Positions 1 to 9,302 of a DNA stretch of 64,000 nt are shown piece by piece (positions within the stretch are counted from its first letter, which is position 1; each line of letters opens with the position of its first letter). The stretch lies in IMG/VR virus record IMGVR_UViG_3300045988_090087. One strand, given 5' to 3'. Below the pieces are notes generated by a model. The model worked only from the letters and a program-made list of their open reading frames with translations. It was not told the DNA's origin and did no database searches. Both the position numbers and the translations under genes were made by a program. The stretch comes from a virus.

Positions 1-1031
1 GGAAATCTAGCACTTCTGGAGTACATCTAACTACCTTTGAAGAATTTAAAAATCTTCCATATAAAAATATGAAAGAGAATTTTAAAGTATTTCACAATGG
101 CTCTTGGGTAGCTGGCAAAGTTATAGATTTACCTAATCGTCCTATGTATAAAGTTACCACTTATAATAATAAAGAGTTTATTATGACTGATAATCATATA
201 AATGTAACTTTACAAGGAGAAAAATCAACAGAACAGTTAACTATTAATGATTACTTATTATTCAATACTTCTAAGTTAAGTGCTATTCCAGATAATAATG
301 AACATTTAACTTACGCCCAAGGTTATGTAATTGGATCATTTTTAGGTGATGGCTCTTTTAGTTCTGAAATAAATGGAGTTATCTATGATATTAATTTATC
401 CCAAAATGAACAAAAATATAAACGTTCTAAATTTTATTGGAATCTCGCATTAAAACAAATGGGATATGAACCTAATGTGGTTTTAAAAGAAGTAGTAAAT
501 AATGTTTATCCATTAAGGGTATCTAATAAAAATTTAGTTGCTTTTATTCAAAAATGGACTAATTGGTATAGAGGAACTTATGCTCATAATAAGAAATTAA
601 ACATGAATTGTCTTCTTCAATCTGTAAAATTTAGAGAAGGTATACTACAAGGATGGTATGATACTGATGGGGGAAATTCTAACAGATGCTACACGACTTC
701 TCCTGAATTAGCAGAAAATATGGAAGCCTTAATAACTTCTTTAGGAATGCAAAGCATTATTAATATATCAGATAGAACAGATGAAGAAGTTATAATACGC
801 GGGGAACATTATAAAAGAAATTACCCATTATATTGTGTAAGATGGTATGAAGATGCAAATCATAGAGCTAATAAAGACAAGACACATAGTTGGATAAAAT
901 ATAATAATGGAATATACTTTAAAATAAAATCTATCGAACCATATGATTACAATGATAGAGTATATTGTATAGAATGTAAAAATGCTTCTGAACCATATTT
1001 TACATTACCAAGTGGATTAATTACTCATAAT
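1..1031 (+). mobile_element. Intein with LAGLIDADG (DOD) homing endonuclease, N-terminus off window, inserted in NrdD
   Basis: LAGLIDADG motifs GYVIGSFLGDGSF and GILQGWYDTDGG; block-B-like TDNHIN; C-terminal junction GLITHN|C (Asn at 1029-1031, extein Cys at 1032) just before the conserved NrdD CRL motif. Confidence 0.9.
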
Positions 1032-2045
1032 TGTCGTCTTCAAAATGCCGTACAAGAAAATACATTTAATACTACTAATGGTCAAATAGGTATAATGACT
1101 GGTAGTAAAAATGTTATTACTCTTGATTTAAATAGAATTATTCAGGATTGGCAGCATACTTGGTCTGATTATAAAGACCATATTGATGTTAACACCAATA
1201 GATGTTGTTTCCCAGTAGATTGGATTACACATAAAGACTTCCAAGAAGGAATTAAGAAATATATAGAAAATATTCTTGAAAGAGTTTATTTGTATCAGTA
1301 TGCTTATAACGACTTAATGCACTGGTGCAAAGATCATCATTTATATGCTGCTTATGATGCTGGTTTTATTAATCTTGATAAACAATATTTAACTATTGGA
1401 ATTAATGGCTTAAATCAGGCTGCTGAATACTTAGGAATGGAATGTAATAATAATATTTATTATAAGACATTCTGTAGATTGATATTCAGTACTATAAAAG
1501 AACAGAATAAGAAACATAAAACTAAAACAGCTCAATTTAATACTGAACAAGTACCCGCAGAAAGTGCTTCAGTAAAACTTTATAATAGAGATAAAGCTGA
1601 TGGTTATTGGATTCCTACAGACACTAATCTGTATGCTAGTTATATATTTAAACCTAATGATACACATATAAGTATACTTGATAAAATTATACTTCATAGT
1701 TCTGAATTCGCTGCTGATGAATTAGATGGAGGTTCTGCTTGTCATCTTAATTTATCTGAACATTTGAGTCAGAAACAATATGAGTATTTACTTAAATTTA
1801 TGGCTAAAGTAGGTTGTAAATATGCTACTTTTAATATTCCTAATTGTGAATGTGAAGAGTGTCATTTTATAGCAAAACAACCGTTTAGTAAATGTCCTAA
1901 ATGTGGTAGTACGCATGTAAGTCTATGGGATAGAATTATCGGCTATCTTACAAAGATTTCTAACTGGAGTGCTGCTAGACAACTAGAAGGTAGTACTAGA
2001 AGTAGAAAGAATGAATTAGAAATTAATATAGAATTAGCACAATGA
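1..2045 (+). CDS. nrdD: Anaerobic (class III) ribonucleoside-triphosphate reductase NrdD, 5'-partial, interrupted by an intein
   Basis: The frame of ORF 69..2045 is open to the window edge (KSSTSGVHLTTFEEF... precedes the called Met). The extein after the intein reads CRLQNAVQENTFNTTNGQIGIMTGSKNVITLDLNR and ends CPKCGSTHVSLWDRIIGYLTKISNWS, matching the NrdD C-terminal zinc-binding and glycyl-radical GY region. Confidence 0.9.
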   Translation, partial: KSSTSGVHLTTFEEFKNLPYKNMKENFKVFHNGSWVAGKVIDLPNRPMYKVTTYNNKEFIMTDNHINVTLQGEKSTEQLTINDYLLFNTSKLSAIPDNNEHLTYAQGYVIGSFLGDGSFSSEINGVIYDINLSQNEQKYKRSKFYWNLALKQMGYEPNVVLKEVVNNVYPLRVSNKNLVAFIQKWTNWYRGTYAHNKKLNMNCLLQSVKFREGILQGWYDTDGGNSNRCYTTSPELAENMEALITSLGMQSIINISDRTDEEVIIRGEHYKRNYPLYCVRWYEDANHRANKDKTHSWIKYNNGIYFKIKSIEPYDYNDRVYCIECKNASEPYFTLPSGLITHNCRLQNAVQENTFNTTNGQIGIMTGSKNVITLDLNRIIQDWQHTWSDYKDHIDVNTNRCCFPVDWITHKDFQEGIKKYIENILERVYLYQYAYNDLMHWCKDHHLYAAYDAGFINLDKQYLTIGINGLNQAAEYLGMECNNNIYYKTFCRLIFSTIKEQNKKHKTKTAQFNTEQVPAESASVKLYNRDKADGYWIPTDTNLYASYIFKPNDTHISILDKIILHSSEFAADELDGGSACHLNLSEHLSQKQYEYLLKFMAKVGCKYATFNIPNCECEECHFIAKQPFSKCPKCGSTHVSLWDRIIGYLTKISNWSAARQLEGSTRSRKNELEINIELAQ

Positions 2046-2305
2046 AAAGAATATTAAAATTTGAAGCAGAGTGGTGTGGACAATGTAAAGCTTTAGCACC
2101 TATTTTAAAAAGAGTATTAGAAAATCATACTGATATTACTTTAACTACAGTAGATATAGAGACAGAGGAAGAAACTACTCTTAAATATAATATTAGAAAT
2201 CTTCCAACTCTTGTATTTATAAAAGATAATATAGAAGTAGGAAGAACTTCTGGAGTTTTAACTGCTGATATGCTTGAGAATAAAATTAAAGAGCTCTATG
2301 CTTAA
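2042..2305 (+). CDS. Thioredoxin-like protein
   Basis: 87 aa with WCGQCK (CxxC) active site; 4-nt ATGA overlap with nrdD. Confidence 0.85.
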   Translation: MKRILKFEAEWCGQCKALAPILKRVLENHTDITLTTVDIETEEETTLKYNIRNLPTLVFIKDNIEVGRTSGVLTADMLENKIKELYA

Positions 2306-2774
2306 ATATGTTGATACAGCTGTTACTTTTGCAGAATTTCCTAATGAAGTTTCTCTATGTATTAACATCAGTGGTTGCCCTTGTTTCTGCGATGGTTGCC
2401 ACTCACCTTATTTGTCAAAAGATATTGGAGAAGTACTATCATTGGAACGACTCCAAGGATTAATTGAATCTAATAAAGGAATTACATTAGTAGGATTTAT
2501 GGGAGGAGATTCTGATCCAAAAGAAATAAATAAATTAGCTAAATGGGTTAGAGAAAATTATCCCGAATTACATATTGGATGGTATAGTGGTAAACAAGAA
2601 TTAGCTGATAGTGTTATAGATATTGATAATTTTGATTATCTTAAACTTGGTCCTTATATGAAACAATTTGGACCATTAAATAATCCGAATACTAATCAAA
2701 AATTTTATAAGATAGATAGAAATGCCCATATAATGATATGGTGTACTGATATATTTTGGAAGGAGGCTGAATAA
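2274..2774 (+). CDS. nrdG: Anaerobic ribonucleotide reductase activating protein (radical SAM)
   Basis: INISGCPCFCDGCHSPYL contains Cx3Cx2C; LVGFMGGD; WYSGK; adjacent to nrdD. Confidence 0.88.
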   Translation: MRIKLKSSMLKYVDTAVTFAEFPNEVSLCINISGCPCFCDGCHSPYLSKDIGEVLSLERLQGLIESNKGITLVGFMGGDSDPKEINKLAKWVRENYPELHIGWYSGKQELADSVIDIDNFDYLKLGPYMKQFGPLNNPNTNQKFYKIDRNAHIMIWCTDIFWKEAE

Positions 2775-2786
2775 GCCTCCTTTTTT
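2761..2786 (+). terminator. Intrinsic terminator-like hairpin overlapping the nrdG stop
   Basis: AGGAGGCT-GAATA-AGCCTCCT (8 bp) followed by TTTTT. Confidence 0.75.
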
Positions 2787-2792
2787 AGTTTT

Positions 2793-2963
2793 ATGGAGTG
2801 TGCAATTTTAAATTACGGTGTAGGAAGTGTTGACTTAGCAACAGTTCCAGATGATATTAATGATGTAGAAGTTTATTTATGTGATGTTCTTGGTTACAGA
2901 GAAGATGAAATAGAATTTATGATTAAAGAAGGTAAAATTAATGTAGAAGATGATAGAGACTAA
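2793..2963 (+). CDS. Small hypothetical protein (56 aa)
   Basis: MECAILNYGVGSVDLATVPDDINDVEVYLCDVLGY...; in-frame ATG to TAA, overlaps the next ORF start; below the ORF-track size cutoff. Confidence 0.55.
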   Translation: MECAILNYGVGSVDLATVPDDINDVEVYLCDVLGYREDEIEFMIKEGKINVEDDRD

Positions 2964-3345
2964 ACGAATAAATAATTTAGAATTTAAGGTCGCTACCTAT
3001 CTTTTAAAAAATCCTCCTGAAATTAAAGCCTACCATATAAATAGATATATGCCTAATTGTTATTATGGTCATGAGTCTGATTTTATAAAAATAGATAATG
3101 ATTGGTACAGAAGCCCAAACTTTTCCTGGCATAAAATACATAAAAGCTGCTTTAAAAATTCTGAAACTTGTTATGCTATAGCAAGTTTTGAGTATAATAA
3201 ACATGAAGGAGTTTATGAATTTATGTGGGTAGGTGAAAGACCTTTAGATTTAACAGAACAAGAAGAAAAAGATTTTAAAGAATTAATTATTTATGGTTTT
3301 AATAAGTTAAATCATGGAAGTGACGAAGGTGAGTCAGATTACTGA
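2950..3345 (+). CDS. Hypothetical protein
   Basis: ORF 131 aa, collinear in a tightly packed operon. Confidence 0.7.
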   Translation: MIETKRINNLEFKVATYLLKNPPEIKAYHINRYMPNCYYGHESDFIKIDNDWYRSPNFSWHKIHKSCFKNSETCYAIASFEYNKHEGVYEFMWVGERPLDLTEQEEKDFKELIIYGFNKLNHGSDEGESDY

Positions 3346-3529
3346 TGATCTTAAGAAATACACATATGGAGGCAAAGATTCCGACTATATAACTCTTACG
3401 GAATGGGCTAATGGAGAAGGATATGATATTGATATTAATGGTAAATTAATATCTTTATCTAATGATGAACTAGAAGCCATTAACTATTTAACACTAGTAA
3501 TGCGCTTCGAAAACAAAAATAATGGATGA
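3314..3529 (+). CDS. Hypothetical protein
   Basis: ORF 71 aa, overlapping neighbours. Confidence 0.6.
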   Translation: MEVTKVSQITDDLKKYTYGGKDSDYITLTEWANGEGYDIDINGKLISLSNDELEAINYLTLVMRFENKNNG

Positions 3530-3698
3530 CATAATTGTGTTAGATTATTTCAATGGTAAAGTTTATATTTATACCTTACCTAGATTACAAATGTATGATA
3601 GTGAGATAGAAGATTGGTTAGATTCTATGAGTTTTGATCTAAGCAATATAAACTGGATGGTTAATAAAAATATCACGATTAATGATGAAAGAAAATAA
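3522..3698 (+). CDS. Small hypothetical protein (58 aa)
   Basis: MDDIIVLDYFNGKVYIYTLPRLQMYDSEIEDWLDSMSFDLSNINWMVNKNITINDERK; fills the gap between neighbouring genes with overlapping ends. Confidence 0.55.
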   Translation: MDDIIVLDYFNGKVYIYTLPRLQMYDSEIEDWLDSMSFDLSNINWMVNKNITINDERK

Positions 3699-4122
3699 GA
3701 CAGAATTAGAACAGAATATTGACGAGATTATTGAAAGCTCTAGAAAAATTTCTAATATTTTTACTTTGGAAACTGCTAGATTGATTAAGGCTGCACTAGT
3801 TAATAATAAGCACTCTGAAAAGCCTGTTTCCGAATTAGAAGTTCTTCAGAAAATGGCTAAAGAGCGTGAAAAGTCTATAGTTCTCTACACAAATGCAGGT
3901 CGTCAGGACTTAGCTCGTTTAGAGTCTAAAGAACTTGATTGTATTAAAGAGATGATGCCTAAAGAACCTTCAGAGAAGGAGATTGAAGAACTTATTGCTG
4001 AATTAATGGAAGCAACAACTCTTACTATTAAAGATACTAAAGGTGTTATTGCAGATGTTCAAAGTAGATTCCCTACTGCTCAGAAGAGTACTATTGTTAA
4101 AATATTTAAATCTTTACTGTAA
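3682..4122 (+). CDS. GatB/YqeY-like domain protein
   Basis: VLQKMAKEREKSIVLYTNAGRQDLARLESKELDCIKEMMPKEPSEKEIEELI resembles the YqeY family pattern. Confidence 0.7.
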   Translation: MMKENKTELEQNIDEIIESSRKISNIFTLETARLIKAALVNNKHSEKPVSELEVLQKMAKEREKSIVLYTNAGRQDLARLESKELDCIKEMMPKEPSEKEIEELIAELMEATTLTIKDTKGVIADVQSRFPTAQKSTIVKIFKSLL

Positions 4123-4436
4123 TGAAGTTATACGGAAAATTGGATGAAGAGGCTATTACTGACATATCTTGTAATTTGAAAGCTTTTGAAGAGTATGATG
4201 ATGTTTATTATACTACTAAAGAAGCTGTATCAATGTATGATGTTTACGTACCTTTTGAAGAAAACTTAGATGCAGATTGGCTTCCTTATAATTGTACTAT
4301 CGTAGAATATGATATATTTTTCAAAGATGGTGAATACTATTATGAAGGAGAGGAGCCTGATGATTCAGTAAGAGGCGAACGAACATTTGAATATAAAGAA
4401 GGTAAGTTAGTAAAACAGGGGTTTAAGCCATATTAA
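4122..4436 (+). CDS. Hypothetical protein
   Basis: ORF 104 aa. Confidence 0.65.
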   Translation: MKLYGKLDEEAITDISCNLKAFEEYDDVYYTTKEAVSMYDVYVPFEENLDADWLPYNCTIVEYDIFFKDGEYYYEGEEPDDSVRGERTFEYKEGKLVKQGFKPY

Positions 4437-4437
4437 T

Positions 4438-4767
4438 ATGTATTTTATATATAAGAAACAAATAAATGTAGCTAGTGAATATAGCTATAATGTAGACTCT
4501 ATAGTTGAATGGTTTAAAGATTATATCGATCAAGATGATATTATAGAGGCACATGGAGGAGTAGAAGAAGTTACTGCTAAAGATATAGTAGACGATATTT
4601 TCTGTGAATCCGATTTTTGGTATGATGATTTTATACAAAATTTTGATATAGAATCAGATGTTATAGAGAATATGTATCCTGAAGATATTGCTGAACAGCT
4701 AAAAGAAATAGTAGGAGATAAATTAATAGATTACTATACTAAGCGTTTAAAAGAACTTCAAAAATGA
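4438..4767 (+). CDS. Hypothetical acidic protein
   Basis: ORF 109 aa. Confidence 0.65.
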   Translation: MYFIYKKQINVASEYSYNVDSIVEWFKDYIDQDDIIEAHGGVEEVTAKDIVDDIFCESDFWYDDFIQNFDIESDVIENMYPEDIAEQLKEIVGDKLIDYYTKRLKELQK

Positions 4768-5051
4768 TAAATTTAATATGGAGTGAAATTCGACAAGTAT
4801 CTGTTGAAGAAGATACCCTTTACTCAGCTTTACTTTACATATATCGCACCTATATAGGAAGTGAAGACGATAGCATAAACGAGATTATTGAAGGCATTCA
4901 AGACAATATAGAAAATTATATAGAAGAATTAATTGAAGAAGCTTCCCCTTATGATTATTCTAATGGAGATATAGATTGCGAAGATATTACAGAATTAGTT
5001 ACTGGAGATAAGTTTTTAGAAAAATTTAAAGAATGGTATTTGAATGAGTGA
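4764..5051 (+). CDS. Hypothetical acidic protein
   Basis: ORF 95 aa, overlapping start/stop with neighbours. Confidence 0.65.
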   Translation: MINLIWSEIRQVSVEEDTLYSALLYIYRTYIGSEDDSINEIIEGIQDNIENYIEELIEEASPYDYSNGDIDCEDITELVTGDKFLEKFKEWYLNE

Positions 5052-5751
5052 AATATTAATTTTAGGGGATATTCACGGTCGTAGTTTTTGGAAAGAACCA
5101 TGCAATAATTGGACAGGTAAAATTATATTCTTAGGGGATTATCACGACCCTTATGGAGAATATATAGTAGAAGAACCTGATAAAGTAGAATCTTTAACTA
5201 ATCTTAAAGAATTAGTTGCTTTTGTAGAGAATAGACGTAAGATTTCTGATGTTATATGCCTATTAGGTAATCATGAGCTTCCATATTTCAATGGAAATGG
5301 TAAATGCAGATTTGATTATTGGGAACAAAAAGAAGTAAAAGAGTTAATTAGCAGTTTAAATCCTCAATTATATTACATATATGAAGATTTAACTACTAAA
5401 GAGCCTCATAAATATTTATTCTCTCATGCAGGTATTACTAAAGATTGGATAGACTATAATAATCTAGAATTAAAAGACTTAAATAATATAGATATAACTA
5501 ATCTTAGTGCTCTTGATCATATCCCTTATTCTAGAGGAGGGTATAATAAATATGGCTCTTGTGTCTGGAATGATTTAGAAGATTTTCAACTGCAAACTCC
5601 ATATAAAGGTTATTATCAAATATTTGGGCACTCTTGGGGAGGAAGAATTGAACCTGTAATCACAGATAAATATGCAATGCTAGATTGTTGTAAACCATTT
5701 GTGTTAGATACTGAAAATAATGAATTAAAAGAATGGAAATTAAATTCATAG
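5044..5751 (+). CDS. Calcineurin-like metallophosphoesterase
   Basis: ILGDIHGR, IIFLGDYHD, LLGNHE, FSHAG, FGHSWGG motifs. Ends at TAG, with an in-frame TAA two codons later. Confidence 0.85.
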   Translation: MSEILILGDIHGRSFWKEPCNNWTGKIIFLGDYHDPYGEYIVEEPDKVESLTNLKELVAFVENRRKISDVICLLGNHELPYFNGNGKCRFDYWEQKEVKELISSLNPQLYYIYEDLTTKEPHKYLFSHAGITKDWIDYNNLELKDLNNIDITNLSALDHIPYSRGGYNKYGSCVWNDLEDFQLQTPYKGYYQIFGHSWGGRIEPVITDKYAMLDCCKPFVLDTENNELKEWKLNS

Positions 5752-5981
5752 GAACTTTAAAGATAGATACTTCTGAATATTGGGATTGGATTAGAAGTTT
5801 ATTCCCTCCAACATTATCTAATGTAGAAGTATTTAATAAATGGATGCCAGAAGCTCGCATTTATACTTATAGATTTTTAAAATTACGGGGTTATAAAAAT
5901 AATAACCCCTCAGATTCTGGTCTAAGAGAAGTTATAGACTATATAGCACAATATATAACTAAATTATCTTTAGAATCATGA
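5733..5981 (+). CDS. Hypothetical protein
   Basis: ORF 82 aa. Confidence 0.6.
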   Translation: MEIKFIGTLKIDTSEYWDWIRSLFPPTLSNVEVFNKWMPEARIYTYRFLKLRGYKNNNPSDSGLREVIDYIAQYITKLSLES

Positions 5982-6247
5982 AAATTTCATATCAATATCT
6001 CACAACAGATGAATTAGATGTAAGTATTAAAGATATATTTGATTATATAAAATTCTTACATACTGATTCTGATATGTCTATTAAGTCCACTTTATCTTAT
6101 GTGGAAGAGTGGCAATTAAATAAAGAAGAAATTATTCAAGCTTTATATGGGACTCTGGTATATAACGATGTTAGTCCGTCTTTTTATAGAACAATAGAAG
6201 AAAAGTTAATACCTTATTTAAGACGTGCTGATGGAGAACCCTCTTAG
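5978..6247 (+). CDS. Hypothetical protein, TAG-terminated if TAG is a stop
   Basis: ORF 89 aa; TAG at 6245-6247. Confidence 0.6.
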   Translation: MKISYQYLTTDELDVSIKDIFDYIKFLHTDSDMSIKSTLSYVEEWQLNKEEIIQALYGTLVYNDVSPSFYRTIEEKLIPYLRRADGEPS

Positions 6248-6641
6248 AACATGGTGGAAGGTTAGGAAATGGTTTAGAATTCCTAAACCTTCCATTTATT
6301 TTGGACCCATAATATCAGGATTACCTTGTAGACTTCCTAATAAATGGATTGAGTTACATAGTTATGACGTTACTTGGAAAGATAAATATGGTAATCCTAA
6401 CTTTGAATTTGTTCCTCAAATAAATTTAGAATTATTTAAGAAATATCAATTATTATTAACTTTTCAAACTGATAATAATGATGTATATTGGGAGACAATC
6501 TTAGATATAATTTATTATAATAAGTCTCTTAAAGAAGCTATAAATAAAAATACTTGGGAGAATTGTAATAAAGAAAAAATAAACGCTTTTACTGAGGGAT
6601 TTCTTACTCCTAAAGGAGGAAGAGTATATTTATATGAGTAA
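6225..6641 (+). CDS. Hypothetical protein
   Basis: ORF 138 aa. Confidence 0.65.
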   Translation: MLMENPLRTWWKVRKWFRIPKPSIYFGPIISGLPCRLPNKWIELHSYDVTWKDKYGNPNFEFVPQINLELFKKYQLLLTFQTDNNDVYWETILDIIYYNKSLKEAINKNTWENCNKEKINAFTEGFLTPKGGRVYLYE

Positions 6642-8103
6642 TGAATTAATTTATATAGATAATTTCGATGGGTCTCCAGAAAGACCTAGTATGATAGATA
6701 ATCCTTTTGTAAAAGGAAATAATTGGTTAAGATTTATCGAAGAAGAGAAACAGATAACATTAGGAGAAGAGCAATTACAAGTATTGCACGATATAATTGA
6801 TATTATATTAGATAATTTCAAACAAAAAGACTTTTTAAATCCTATCAATTTAGGAGGCGCTGCTGGTTGTGGCAAGTCGCTTTGCACTAGCTTCCTTTTA
6901 GAGTGGATAAACACTAAAGGATTCCCTGTAAAATTATGTGCTCCTACTCATAAAGCAGCTTTAGTACTTAAAAAGTATAATGATTATGATGCAACTACTC
7001 TTCATAGTATGTTAGCGTTATCTCCTAAAGTAGATATTCTTAAACTGGACATCAGAGAATTAAGATTCTTTGCTACTAATGATAAAAAAATGTCTATACC
7101 ATATGATGGAATTGTCATTTGCGATGAAGCATCTATGGTAAGTAGTGATTTATATGATTTATTAGTAGAAAAATGTAGCTTAATGGGCACTATGATTATC
7201 TTTTGTGATGATTATGCTCAGTTAAATCCAGTAAAAGAAGATGAACAATCAAAAGTCTTTAGATGTAAACATCAATTTAGATTGACTAAAATATACAGAC
7301 AATCTGAAAAAAGTGGTCTTAAAGGCATTTTACAGACACTTAGAGAGTCTCCAATACAACAGTGGGACAACTGTGAAGGTGAAGATGGAAGTCTCTTTAT
7401 AGAGTCTAAATTAGAAAATTTTTGCAGAAAAGCAGTTTCGGAATTTAAACACGAAATAGAAGCTAAGGATATATTACATACTAAAATTCTAGCTTATACT
7501 AATGCTCGTGTAAATAACTATAATAAAGCTATTCATAAACTTTTATGGAATGATAATAATTTTCTTCATAAAGGAGAAATTTTAATGGCTTATGAGAATT
7601 TCAAAAAAGATGGTTATGAAGTAACTAATTCTATGGATTACATAGTGGAAGAATTTACTTCTACTATTATTGATGTTCCATATTATACTAAGTGTAAAGG
7701 ATATATAGTTAAACTATATGACGAATATAACAATGCCTCTTTTGAAATTCCACTATTAGCTCCAGAAGAATGTAATGAAGATTTAGCTATAGTTATAGAA
7801 ACTATAAGAACTGAAGCAATAAATTCTCAAGGATACGATAGAAAAAAGAAGTGGGGAATATATTATGCTTTAATGGGAAGTTTTTGCACATCTAAAGATT
7901 TATTTACTGATGGCAGATGTATAAGAAAAGCTACTTTTAAATATGGGTATGCTATTACTACTCATCGTTCTCAAGGGTCTTCTTATGATAATGTATTTAT
8001 AGATATGAAAGATATCTTTAGAGCTAAAGATAAAGAGACTCTTAGACAATTACAATATGTAAGTATGTCTAGAACTAGAAGTGATATAACTATGCTATTA
8101 TGA
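6634..8103 (+). CDS. SF1 helicase (RecD/Dda/Pif1-like)
   Basis: Walker A GGAAGCGKS; Walker B VICDEASMV; FCDDYAQLNPV (motif III-like); YAITTHRSQGSSYDNVFIDM; SMSRTRSD (motif VI-like). Confidence 0.88.
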   Translation: MSNELIYIDNFDGSPERPSMIDNPFVKGNNWLRFIEEEKQITLGEEQLQVLHDIIDIILDNFKQKDFLNPINLGGAAGCGKSLCTSFLLEWINTKGFPVKLCAPTHKAALVLKKYNDYDATTLHSMLALSPKVDILKLDIRELRFFATNDKKMSIPYDGIVICDEASMVSSDLYDLLVEKCSLMGTMIIFCDDYAQLNPVKEDEQSKVFRCKHQFRLTKIYRQSEKSGLKGILQTLRESPIQQWDNCEGEDGSLFIESKLENFCRKAVSEFKHEIEAKDILHTKILAYTNARVNNYNKAIHKLLWNDNNFLHKGEILMAYENFKKDGYEVTNSMDYIVEEFTSTIIDVPYYTKCKGYIVKLYDEYNNASFEIPLLAPEECNEDLAIVIETIRTEAINSQGYDRKKKWGIYYALMGSFCTSKDLFTDGRCIRKATFKYGYAITTHRSQGSSYDNVFIDMKDIFRAKDKETLRQLQYVSMSRTRSDITMLL

Positions 8104-8369
8104 TTGATGTATTATTGATTCATAATAATCCGGCATTAGTAGAATTGTTTAAAAACTCCTATAATGGAGAAGCTTTTTTACAATTCTTAGATAGAGGTTC
8201 TAAAGTAGAGCGTAGTAAAGCTTATAAGATACAGCAAGAATGGGGTAGTAATCAAACCCCATTTGCATTAGTGAAAAAAGATGATAAGGTTATTAAAGCC
8301 TTTTATGCAGAAGATAAAGACAATGTAATTTCTAAATTAATATCTTATTTAAATGAGCACAACTATTAA
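8100..8369 (+). CDS. Small hypothetical protein, possibly thioredoxin/glutaredoxin-fold
   Basis: ORF 89 aa; fold assignment is weak (no CxxC). Confidence 0.5.
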   Translation: MIDVLLIHNNPALVELFKNSYNGEAFLQFLDRGSKVERSKAYKIQQEWGSNQTPFALVKKDDKVIKAFYAEDKDNVISKLISYLNEHNY

Positions 8370-8847
8370 TATTCCAGTAATTAATAAATCTAGTAATAAC
8401 CTTCCTGAGTATGCACATAAAGGTGATGCAGGTTTTGATCTCAGAGCTAATGTAGAAGAAATTGAAAATAGTAATTATTTGTTTAATGCTATTAAGCTTA
8501 ATGATACTACAATAATTCTTAATCCTGGAGGTAGAGTACTTATTCCAACAGGTTTATATATGGCAATTCCTGAAGGTTATGAACTTCAGATTCGTCCTCG
8601 TAGTGGTTTGGCTTTGAAGCATGGCATTACCGTATTGAATACTCCAGGAACAATTGATGCAATTTATAGAGGTAATATTGGAGTTATTCTTAAGAATGAT
8701 GGTACTGAACCTTTTATAATTGAACAAGGGGATAGAATTGCCCAGGGAGTGCTCAATAAAGTAGAAGAAGCTAATCTTATAGAGACAGATTCTTTGGATG
8801 AAACAGATAGATCTGATAGTGGTTATGGTAAATCCGGAGTAAAGTGA
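8353..8847 (+). CDS. dut: Deoxyuridine 5'-triphosphate nucleotidohydrolase
   Basis: Trimeric dUTPase motifs GDAGFDLRA, RPRSGLALKHGI, GTIDAIYRGNIGVILKN, IEQGDRIAQ, RSDSGYGKSG. Confidence 0.95.
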   Translation: MSTTINIPVINKSSNNLPEYAHKGDAGFDLRANVEEIENSNYLFNAIKLNDTTIILNPGGRVLIPTGLYMAIPEGYELQIRPRSGLALKHGITVLNTPGTIDAIYRGNIGVILKNDGTEPFIIEQGDRIAQGVLNKVEEANLIETDSLDETDRSDSGYGKSGVK

Positions 8848-9302
8848 TAAGTAAAGAATCTTTTTTAAAGAAATTAAGAGTATTAGGCAAGCAATACGCT
8901 AGTAAAACAATACTAGATTCAGAAAATCATCAAGATGCTGTAGAAGCTGTAGTATCAGACTATTTACAAGGAGCAGAAGATTCTTATGATACTTTCAGAA
9001 CTTATGATAAGGAAAGATTTTGTGATTCTTTACGTAATATTTTAAATTATTATAAGAAATTAGAGGAGCTTGAGGATGTTTTAAATTGTGTATTAAGAGA
9101 ATCTCCTATAGGGGAATCTACAACATTTATTATAACTGATTTAGTAAGAGCTTTAGCTAATAATGATGTTGAAACTATAAATGATATAGAATGGTGGTTA
9201 TATGAAGATGTAGAAAAAGAGTGGATTATAGATAATGAAATTGTAAAAGTGGAAACACCAGAACAACTTTATGATGCTTTAAAGAAATTGAATCGTGTCT
9301 GA
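8844..9302 (+). CDS. Hypothetical protein
   Basis: ORF 152 aa. Confidence 0.6.
   Translation: MISKESFLKKLRVLGKQYASKTILDSENHQDAVEAVVSDYLQGAEDSYDTFRTYDKERFCDSLRNILNYYKKLEELEDVLNCVLRESPIGESTTFIITDLVRALANNDVETINDIEWWLYEDVEKEWIIDNEIVKVETPEQLYDALKKLNRV

Noticed and set aside
3004-3204. Antisense ORFs on the minus strand opposite early genes (also 4423-4638, 5660-5860, 6651-6914, 7002-7190, 12882-13091)
   Set aside because: All are opposite well-supported plus-strand genes, with no recognisable motifs and compositions typical of antisense shadows.
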